DNA of 64,000 bases, from positions 1 to 64,000 of IMG/VR virus record IMGVR_UViG_3300017991_000083. The stretch is one strand, 5' to 3'. Made by a program: the position numbers and the translations under genes. Source of the stretch: a virus. Under the pieces are notes generated by a model, which saw nothing but the letters and a program-made list of their open reading frames with translations, did not search any database and had not been told where the DNA came from. Shown piece after piece: positions 1-7,172 of the stretch; position 1 is the first letter of the stretch; every line of letters begins with the position of its first letter.

Positions 1-38
1 CTTGCGAGCGATATGTCGCCCCCTAGCTTGCGAGCGAT
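1..38. repeat. Partial 26-bp-period repeat array (core AGCTTGCGAGCGAT), cut by the window edge
   Basis: 1-38 matches 3505-3542 at 37/38 nt; two cores 26 bp apart. Confidence 0.9.
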
Positions 39-42
39 CCCG

Positions 43-375
43 TCAACCGGCGGCGGCGGCCGACGTGGGCTCTCGGTAGCCCAGGGGGACCCGGTTGCGA
101 ATCTGCCCCTTCAGTCGGTCGGCCCAGGCCTCGCCGGGGTCGGCATCTTCGTAGTTCATGCCAGTCGCCTGTTCGGCCAGGTCCTCGATCCAGGCGTCCG
201 GGCTCAGGCTCGGCTGCTCGTCGCCCAGGGTATAGCGACGGTGCCACGTTACCATCGTCCCCAGGCAACAGCCGGCGGCGTCCTCTCGAGGGTCCAGGGG
301 TGTCTCGTCGACGATAATCTCGATCAGGTGCCCTCGATATGTTTCCTCGTGTACTTTCGGCCAGGCATGGCTCAT
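43..375 (-). CDS. Early hypothetical protein, possibly C-terminally truncated
   Basis: ATG at 375 after a G-rich SD; motif YRGHLIEIIVDETPLDPRED..LGTMVTWHRRYTLGD resembles a common phage/plasmid hypothetical family. Confidence 0.7.
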   Translation of the reverse strand: MSHAWPKVHEETYRGHLIEIIVDETPLDPREDAAGCCLGTMVTWHRRYTLGDEQPSLSPDAWIEDLAEQATGMNYEDADPGEAWADRLKGQIRNRVPLGYREPTSAAAAG

Positions 376-407
376 AGCGCCCCCTTTCTTCCGGTCCTTC
401 TTGTCGG

Positions 408-659
408 CTAGTGACCATCCCGGAACATGCGGACCCTTGTGAGCCCTGCGTCCAGGAAGATGATCCACAGGGACTGACGGCTCGGCGTGATGTTCAGGTC
501 GATCCCCAGGCGCTTGGCCCGGTCGGCGCCGACGAACCTGGTCCACTCGTCCCGGTGATCCTTGAAGTAGCGCACAACGCGCTCGAGCTTGCGGTCCTGG
601 ACCGGCGTCAGTCGAACAGGGTCCTTCTTCTTTTCCTTTGCGAGCAGTTTTCTAGGCAT
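408..659 (-). CDS. Small basic early protein
   Basis: ATG at 659 (MPRKLLAKEKKK) with GGGAGAG SD; overlaps the stop of the upstream gene. Confidence 0.65.
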   Translation of the reverse strand: MPRKLLAKEKKKDPVRLTPVQDRKLERVVRYFKDHRDEWTRFVGADRAKRLGIDLNITPSRQSLWIIFLDAGLTRVRMFRDGH

Positions 660-867
660 GGCTCTCTCCCTGCTGTAGGTCCTCGAGTTCGTCAGCCGTC
701 GGGCAGAACGGCGCCCGCTCGGCCGGCGTGCCTGCTCCCCATCCATGCGAGACGTACCGGCGATAGGTCTCACAGTTGTCACACCATTCCTCTCCGTCCA
801 GCACCTTCCTAAGCGGGCCCCCGCATGTATGACAGTGCCCACAGTTGACGGCGCGGTCTCCTATCAT
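652..867 (-). CDS. Zn-ribbon early protein
   Basis: CHTC...CDNC cysteine pairs; G-rich SD. Confidence 0.7.
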   Translation of the reverse strand: MIGDRAVNCGHCHTCGGPLRKVLDGEEWCDNCETYRRYVSHGWGAGTPAERAPFCPTADELEDLQQGESHA

Positions 868-882
868 TCTCCCCCCCCTCGG

Positions 883-1218
883 CTAGAGCTCCCCGTCGAT
901 CTGCAGCAGCACGTTCTCGGCGGCGTACAGATACGAATCTTGATTGCATAGCGGATTCCCGCTGTCCTCAGGCCCTTCAGGGCCATAGATGTCGTGAAGC
1001 TCCTGCACGACGTACCGAAAGTATGTCAGGATCGAATCGAGCTCGACGCCGGCCTCGAATGCGGCGCGTAGCACTCCCCTCTCGATCAGCATGGCCCGCT
1101 TCTCGTGATCCTCTTGCCCACCTATCACGTCCCCCTCAGGGACCAGGCACACTCGGGCCTTGTCTAGGTCGCCCCAAGCGTCGGCGTCGGTCAGGACGAT
1201 GACCTTTCTCATGTTCAC
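883..1218 (-). CDS. Early hypothetical protein
   Basis: GTG at 1218 overlaps the upstream TGA (alternative ATG at 1212); N-terminus similar to 1215..2045. Confidence 0.7.
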   Translation of the reverse strand: MNMRKVIVLTDADAWGDLDKARVCLVPEGDVIGGQEDHEKRAMLIERGVLRAAFEAGVELDSILTYFRYVVQELHDIYGPEGPEDSGNPLCNQDSYLYAAENVLLQIDGEL

Positions 1219-2045
1219 TTGGCGCCCCCTTTCTGCGACGGCGGCGGCATCAGACTGTGCGGCCACCCTTCCGGCCGGACCTCGGGGCCGTCCGGGGGCT
1301 CCCCCTCGTCCCAAACGCCGGCGTTCTCGAGCTCGATCCTCAGGGCCCGGGCGTAGTCCTCGACGTCACAGTCTCCCTGCTCGAGGCCCTGGACCAGGAT
1401 GTTGGCGGCCGTCAGCACGCCCTCGGGAATCCCGTTGACCCGGGCGCCGCGGCGCTCGGTGACGGGCTCGAGCGACTCGAGCGCACACAGGAGCTTGGCC
1501 GGCCGGACGTCGACCGGGACGTCATACTCGTCCCGACCCGTCGCCAGGATCAGGGCCGTCCGGGCCCGGTTGATGTTCGGATGTTCCTCGGGCGCAAAGC
1601 CCTCGAGCATCCAGCGAAGCGAATCCAGGACGTCGCCCAGGGCCAGGGCGACCCGAGACGGCGACCCGGGATTGATCCCGCTGCAGGCATTCACACACAC
1701 ACAGGCAGTCTCGGCGAACATGCGGGTCCAGGGCGATCCGCCGGCGAACGTGGCGACGCCCAGGGGCTCGTCTACTCCGTCGTCGGCGTCACAAACGACG
1801 TCGATCTCGCAGTCATAGCCCTCGCCGTCGGGGTCCAGGGGCCGCATGGCACCGATCCCCCAGGGCGTGAAAGGCCCAGGCGTCTCAAGGTCGCCAAGCA
1901 CCGACACAGGCCGGCCCCTGTCATAGGCCTCTCGGATCGTGTCCTTGTCCAGGTCGGCGCCGGCGTCGACCAGGCAGACCCGGGCGCCGTCGGCCGCGCT
2001 GTAGGTCTCTCCGTCGTTCAGGACCACCAGCAGCATCTTCTCCAT
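1215..2045 (-). CDS. Acidic multidomain early protein
   Basis: 276-aa ORF with SD, packed in the operon. Confidence 0.8.
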   Translation of the reverse strand: MEKMLLVVLNDGETYSAADGARVCLVDAGADLDKDTIREAYDRGRPVSVLGDLETPGPFTPWGIGAMRPLDPDGEGYDCEIDVVCDADDGVDEPLGVATFAGGSPWTRMFAETACVCVNACSGINPGSPSRVALALGDVLDSLRWMLEGFAPEEHPNINRARTALILATGRDEYDVPVDVRPAKLLCALESLEPVTERRGARVNGIPEGVLTAANILVQGLEQGDCDVEDYARALRIELENAGVWDEGEPPDGPEVRPEGWPHSLMPPPSQKGGAK

Positions 2046-2057
2046 GTTGCCCCCTTC

Positions 2058-2416
<359 letters not shown>

Positions 2417-2420
<4 letters not shown>

Positions 2421-3082
2421 TCGCCCCCCTCTCCGGCCTCGGCCTCGGCGGCCTGGGCCTCGAGATACGTCAGAACCTGGTCAAACACTTCACGCTTCTC
2501 CCTTTCCTGGGCGATTGACAGGGCCTGGAATCCGTCCAGGTCGCCCCCGTATTCCTCGAGGGCCAAGCCCAGGAAGTAGACACGCCGGTTATCGCTGTTC
2601 AGCCATTCCGTCAGGGCGCTCGTGTAGCAATCGCCCTCGATCTCGGCCCCGAGCTCCAGGAAGTCGTCTCCGGGCCCGGCCTCAGCCAGGCGCCCCAGGG
2701 CGTCGACGATGTAGTCATAGCGCCAGTTGTCCGGGGGGACCTGGCCGTCCTCGTGTGCAGCGAACGCCAGGCCCTCGACCCAGGCCGGCGCCCCGTCGAC
2801 CAGCCTATAGAACAGGTCCTGCTCGACCGTCGGGAATGTGCGCTCGGCCTCGGCGGCCAGGACGTCGGCCCCGAGTTCGGCCTTGACGGCCTCGAGCTCC
2901 TGGTCGTAGACCGGCCGGCCCTCTCCCCCGTCCCGGAGACGGGCATAGGCCGCGGCCAGGCGTCTGACGTTGCGTTCCCTGACGGCCGCGGCCCGGTCGA
3001 CCTGCTCAAAGTAGCCCAGGGCGGTCTCGGCCAGGGCCGGGACCGTTGCCGGGCCCCTCTCCTGCTCCTGCTTCTCGCTCAT
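2417..3082 (-). CDS. First early gene; acidic Ocr-like (anti-restriction DNA mimic) candidate
   Basis: ATG at 3082 with AAAGGAG SD; acidic helical C-terminal half (AHEDGQVPPDNWRYDYI...DCYTSALTEWL); first gene after the consensus promoter. Function is inferred. Confidence 0.6.
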
Positions 3083-3147
3083 GGTCGGCTCCTTTCTGTG
3101 CCCCCGACCCGGGGGCGCCCCCTTCGTTTCCGTCAACCTCGACTATG

Positions 3148-3177
3148 ATTATAGCTGCCATGCCCCCATGCAGTCAA
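3148..3177 (-). promoter_or_regulatory. Sigma70-type early promoter TTGACT-N18-TATAAT
   Basis: -35 at 3177-3172 and -10 at 3153-3148, upstream of the early operon. Confidence 0.85.
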
Positions 3178-3220
3178 GCACTTTCTTCGACGGAGACCCC
3201 GGCGCCCTCGAAAGTTAGCC

Positions 3221-3239
3221 CTGTTCATATTCTGAACAG
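3221..3239. promoter_or_regulatory. Palindromic operator CTGTTCA-N5-TGAACAG
   Basis: Perfect 7-bp inverted repeat between divergent promoters; variants at 48942 and 61000. Confidence 0.7.
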
Positions 3240-3257
3240 TGGTATTTTTCTGTTCTG

Positions 3258-3287
3258 TTGACTCTAAGGGGCGATCAGTGCTAGACT
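3258..3287 (+). promoter_or_regulatory. Rightward sigma70-type promoter TTGACT-N18-TAGACT with TGn extension
   Basis: -35 at 3258-3263, TG at 3279-3280, -10 at 3282-3287. Confidence 0.6.
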
Positions 3288-3486
3288 TGCGACGGTTGCG
3301 GGTGTGATCTCGGCGTCCCCCAGGGGGCGCCAGGCGCACAAGGGGGTCGGCGCCCCCGTCGCCAGGCGGGGCGTCGCCCCCGGCGGGCCCAGGGCCAGGG
3401 GGAGCTCGAGGGCCGGCCCCGGGACCGGGCCCAGGGAGAGCTCGAGGGCCCGCCCCAGGGAGAGCGCCGCGGCCGGCGAGGGCCGA

Positions 3487-3618
3487 CGATATGCCGACCC
3501 CTAGCTTGCGAGCGATATGTCGTCCCCTAGCTTGCGAGCGATCTCCAGATTCAGAGCTTGGGAGCGATCTGCAGACCTGGAGCTTGTGAGCGATCGCGCA
3601 CGATAGCTTGGGAGCGAT
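3487..3618. repeat. Array of five AGCTTG(C/G/T)GAGCGAT cores
   Basis: Cores start at 3503, 3529, 3555, 3581 and 3605 (spacing 26, 26, 26, 24). Confidence 0.9.
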
Positions 3619-3664
3619 CACAACGCATACGTTTGTTTCTGAGATTACAACCCGGGGGGCTTGT

Positions 3665-3862
3665 ATGAGGGCAGTTACAAGGGCCCGGCTACGGGCAGAG
3701 GCGAAGCGCATCGGCACCGCCCAGGCCCGCCGGCGCATCAACCGCCTGAAGGACACACATCCCTACCTGACAGAGAAGGAGCTGGAGTCCATCGAAGCGG
3801 ACCTCCAGCTCTCCTACATCGCAGGATTCACCCGCGGACTTGCCCATCGCAACGACTACTAG
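3665..3862 (+). CDS. Small basic helical protein; the only credible plus-strand gene
   Basis: 65 aa (MRAVTRARLRAEAKR...); fills otherwise non-coding space; its TAG overlaps the convergent patatin TAG (CTAG 3859-3862). Confidence 0.6.
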   Translation: MRAVTRARLRAEAKRIGTAQARRRINRLKDTHPYLTEKELESIEADLQLSYIAGFTRGLAHRNDY

Positions 3863-4815
3863 GTCATCGGAGCACGCCGATAACAGTCCTCAAACTCGAT
3901 GAGGACCTGCCAGGCCTTCTCACGGCCGGCGTCGTAGAGCTTCCCGCATGACTTGAAGTCACGCGGAGAGAGCTTGCGGCCCTCCTGGTTGTGGAAGATG
4001 ACGAGCCACCCTCGACGCGGGCAGTAGCGCACGTTCTCGGAGACGAACTCTCCCCACCCCTCGATCTCCTGCTTGTACTCCTCGTAGGAGATCTTCTCGC
4101 GGGCCTCCGCACTCCACTCCCAGGGCCAGAACTTCGCCTGGTCTTCGACGGGCGACATGCCCGCGTACCCCAGGATCGAGACGAACGTGATCGTGTCGGG
4201 CCCACAGAGCTCGTCCATGATCGGGATCTTGTTCAACATGCAGGCAGCGTCGCCCCAATAGGCCCCCCGCCACTTCACCTGAGGGTAGAGCCCGGGGACT
4301 GCCATGCTGGTGATGACCGCCTCCAGCGGCGGCATCGAGGGATCGATACCGGGCCCAAACATCTCACGACCCGAACGACTGTAGCAGGACACCCCGACGT
4401 AGAGTGGGACCTCGAGAAGGTCCCACTTCGGGGGCAGGAACAGGTCCAGGTACTTCGCCAGAGGCTCAGGATTCAGGACGTGACTACGCCACTTCCGACG
4501 CAGGAACCCGATGAGCAGGCTCAGATTGTAGTCCCCGAACGACGAGCGCTTGACACTGTGCCACCACTCTCCGAGAACCTCCGGGGGCATTCCGTAGGCC
4601 CAATGCGAGAGGTTGAACGCCCCGATGCTGTTGCCGACCAGGGCCTTCAGCGTGAGAGGTTCCATCGCCCTCCGCTCGAGCCACCATCGGACGGACTCGA
4701 TGTGCCCGCCCTGAAGACAGCCCTTGTTCCCGCCACCTGTCCCGACAAACACGACGTTTGTCGGCCGACGGAACAGCGGCGCCAGTGGCGACGGCCCGAA
4801 TACATCCGCGATCAT
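3859..4815 (-). CDS. Patatin-like phospholipase
   Basis: GTGGGNKG oxyanion loop, GNSIG (GxSxG) nucleophile, SMAVPGLYP and catalytic Asp in WGDAA; ATG at 4815 with GAGGAGG SD. Confidence 0.85.
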   Translation of the reverse strand: MIADVFGPSPLAPLFRRPTNVVFVGTGGGNKGCLQGGHIESVRWWLERRAMEPLTLKALVGNSIGAFNLSHWAYGMPPEVLGEWWHSVKRSSFGDYNLSLLIGFLRRKWRSHVLNPEPLAKYLDLFLPPKWDLLEVPLYVGVSCYSRSGREMFGPGIDPSMPPLEAVITSMAVPGLYPQVKWRGAYWGDAACMLNKIPIMDELCGPDTITFVSILGYAGMSPVEDQAKFWPWEWSAEAREKISYEEYKQEIEGWGEFVSENVRYCPRRGWLVIFHNQEGRKLSPRDFKSCGKLYDAGREKAWQVLIEFEDCYRRAPMT

Positions 4816-4816
4816 G

Positions 4817-5569
4817 TCAGTCCTCCTCACCGAAACGTGACAGCTCGGCCTCGCGGTCGCGACGCGCCGCCCGCTTCTTCTCCCTGGCGCGACGATCCTT
4901 CGTCCGTCTCCGCGCCCGCTGCAACTCGCGCTTCTCCGCGTCGGCAGTCTGCCCGCTCACGTCCTCGAACTGAGCGTCGATGATCCCCTCTCCTCCCGTG
5001 CTCGTGAACCGCAGATCCGAAAGGATTCTATCTTGCAGGACCGTCCGCTTCGCGCAGGACCCACAGACGTCGTCGACGATGAACGCGAGCTGGCGCATCA
5101 TCGACGTCACATCGGACATCGTGAGGAACGCGCCGACCTTGACCTGCATCTCGATGATCGCCTTGAACGTCTTACGGATCTCGGCGCTCAACTGGATGAG
5201 GAGACGGATCTTGGGCTGGTTCTCTTCGGTGAGCCAATCGGACGGGCTCTCGGGAAGCGACCCGTAGATGTGTCCGAGCAGCCCCTTGAGAGAGAGCAGC
5301 TCAGCAGACAGATGGAAGAGCTCCGGATGCTGCCGGAGCTCCTCAGTCTTCTCTGCGAGTGAGAGGGTATAACTCTTGCTGTAGAGGCCGTGCTTGATAG
5401 GGCCTCCGGGACTGGCCCCGCCGTGGAACTTGCACCGGCCCGTGCCTACGTGGTCTGTGCCGAAGCCGGCCTGGAGACTACAGTAGCCTCCACTCCGGTT
5501 GACTGCGTTGCAGGTTTCCGTCGGTTCCCGCATCGGGAGCGTCGTCTTGCGGTCGCTGTTGCCGCCCAT
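4817..5569 (-). CDS. HGGxSTG-type Zn-finger protein, probable terminase small subunit
   Basis: C..C..GRCKFHGGAS..P.KHGLYSK followed by a helical body. Confidence 0.65.
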   Translation of the reverse strand: MGGNSDRKTTLPMREPTETCNAVNRSGGYCSLQAGFGTDHVGTGRCKFHGGASPGGPIKHGLYSKSYTLSLAEKTEELRQHPELFHLSAELLSLKGLLGHIYGSLPESPSDWLTEENQPKIRLLIQLSAEIRKTFKAIIEMQVKVGAFLTMSDVTSMMRQLAFIVDDVCGSCAKRTVLQDRILSDLRFTSTGGEGIIDAQFEDVSGQTADAEKRELQRARRRTKDRRAREKKRAARRDREAELSRFGEED

Positions 5570-5577
5570 GAATCCAC

Positions 5578-5847
5578 CTACATGAAGTCTGAGATGTCAA
5601 TACGGAGCTCCACGGACTCGACGATCTGCCCCCCGATGTTGGTCTGAGTCGTCACTCCTTCAACGCATCCGATCGTGCCCAGGGACCCGAACACGTCGAC
5701 CTCGCTCTGGTCGAACGTGATGATCGGCGGCATCCCCGCGTCCTGCATCCTCTTGATGTAGGCCGGGATCTGCTTCAGGGCCTTGTTGATCTCATCGATC
5801 TTCGACTGAGGCAGGTGCTGTTTCGGCCGGATGATGAGCAGGCCCAT
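5578..5847 (-). CDS. Hypothetical protein
   Basis: 89 aa, coupled start after the upstream TAG. Confidence 0.7.
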   Translation of the reverse strand: MGLLIIRPKQHLPQSKIDEINKALKQIPAYIKRMQDAGMPPIITFDQSEVDVFGSLGTIGCVEGVTTQTNIGGQIVESVELRIDISDFM

Positions 5848-6198
5848 CTAGCCCTCCAGATCATCGCCGGCCAGGGGCTTCGTAGCCTTCTTGGTCTCCT
5901 TCTTCGACGCCCTCTTGGAGCCGCCCTTGACCGTGGCCCCGTCCTCGAGCGCGTCGGCGATCGCCGACGTCTGATCGGCGATAGACTCCAGGAGCTTCAC
6001 GATCTCGCCGAGATAGAGCACCGGCATTCTGAACGGGCAGTCGTAGGCCTGCGCCTCCACTTCCTTGACGCCCCTCTTCCTGAGATCCTCCATGCCCGCC
6101 TCGTCGAGGACCCGGACCGCAATCGCACAGTCGTTGCACTGCGCCGGGGCGCTGCGCTTGATGGGACATACCCTATTCACTCGAAGTGCCTCTGGCAT
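5848..6198 (-). CDS. Cys-containing hypothetical protein
   Basis: ATG at 6198 with GGGGAG SD; CP..C.DC...CPF. Confidence 0.7.
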   Translation of the reverse strand: MPEALRVNRVCPIKRSAPAQCNDCAIAVRVLDEAGMEDLRKRGVKEVEAQAYDCPFRMPVLYLGEIVKLLESIADQTSAIADALEDGATVKGGSKRASKKETKKATKPLAGDDLEG

Positions 6199-6220
6199 TC
6201 TATCTCCCCTTGTCTGAGAC

Positions 6221-6481
6221 CTACCCCTTCGCGCCGTCCCGCTTACGTTCCTTCTGCTTCTCAACCATCCGGTCCAGCTTGTCGCGCTTGCCTCGCCAGA
6301 TCTGCATCTGGCGGTCGTCTCTCGGGATCATGAGCTCCGGGCCCTGGCTCGGGACCTTGCTCATGTCGGGCTCCACGAACTCGGGCCTCTTCACGACTTT
6401 CTTGCAGCCGCGACAGACAATCGACCAGGTCCGCTCCGTGACGTAGAGCAGCCCGCCGCAGTGCGGACAGCCGGCGATCAT
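6221..6481 (-). CDS. Zn-ribbon protein
   Basis: CPHCGG...CRGC; ATGA overlap with the upstream gene. Confidence 0.7.
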   Translation of the reverse strand: MIAGCPHCGGLLYVTERTWSIVCRGCKKVVKRPEFVEPDMSKVPSQGPELMIPRDDRQMQIWRGKRDKLDRMVEKQKERKRDGAKG

Positions 6482-6873
6482 GTCTTGAGCTCCCGGATAC
6501 GCACGCGGTCGACCTTCGAGGCCTGCTCGGCCGTGCAGATGAGAACGAGCCGGTTCCCTCTCGAGATGTAGGCATCGCTCACGCCGAACCAGACCTCCTG
6601 CAGCGTATCGTACGCCGCGATGCGTCCGGCGCCCTTGCACTCAGGACAGACCTCGACCGTCTGCCCTTCGTTGATCTCCTCGGGCGTTGCCGGACGACGC
6701 CCGTCCTCGGCGATGAACATCGCGCCGGCGCCCTTGCACTCCGGACATCTCTGGTATTCGTGCCCCTGCGTCATGAGCCCGACGTGATCGATGCGGGTCT
6801 GCGCCGGATCGACGCTCCGGCCTTCCTTTTCAGGCCACTTCTTCTTGAGTGCTTCCCGCGTCTCTCGGTCCAC
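6478..6873 (-). CDS. DnaJ-type Zn-finger (CxxCxGxG) protein
   Basis: Two CPECKGAG repeats; GTG at 6873 overlaps the upstream TAG. Confidence 0.75.
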   Translation of the reverse strand: MDRETREALKKKWPEKEGRSVDPAQTRIDHVGLMTQGHEYQRCPECKGAGAMFIAEDGRRPATPEEINEGQTVEVCPECKGAGRIAAYDTLQEVWFGVSDAYISRGNRLVLICTAEQASKVDRVRIRELKT

Positions 6874-7151
6874 TAGCCCTCCTCGTCGCCATCGAACTCC
6901 ATCTCCGCCTGCGGCTTGTCGCGCTCGGCTCGAACGCGACGCAGGACCTCGCGGAGCCAATCGATAGGGCTCTCTCCCCGGCACACGTTGAGGGCGCCAA
7001 GTATCCCGTCCAGGGCCTCGTCGGACTCCGTCCCCTCGGGCGCCAGCGTATCCAACAGGGCCATGCCTGTGTCGAACCCCATCTTGAGCCTGGCCACTAT
7101 CTCCTTGCACTCGTTCAGGGTCAGGTCTTCCGTCGGTGCCTTCTTCGCCAC
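6873..7151 (-). CDS. Hypothetical protein
   Basis: 92 aa with SD. Confidence 0.7.
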   Translation of the reverse strand: MAKKAPTEDLTLNECKEIVARLKMGFDTGMALLDTLAPEGTESDEALDGILGALNVCRGESPIDWLREVLRRVRAERDKPQAEMEFDGDEEG

Positions 7152-7172
7152 AATGCCCCCTCTCTCGAATCG

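Noticed and set aside
3221-3239. Canonical LexA/SOS box
   Set aside because: Spacing and orientation fit neither CTGT-N8-ACAG nor GAAC-N4-GTTC; kept as an operator of unknown regulator.
3487-3618. CRISPR or mini-CRISPR array
   Set aside because: The 14-bp core and 10-12-bp intervening sequences are far too short, the first intervening sequences resemble each other, and no cas genes are present.
3133-3756. 207-aa minus-strand ORF across the control region
   Set aside because: It spans promoters, operator and repeats, and gives a low-complexity Pro/Gly/Arg translation with no SD.
3859-4815. CBASS defence system
   Set aside because: The patatin has no neighbouring CD-NTase or Cap genes.
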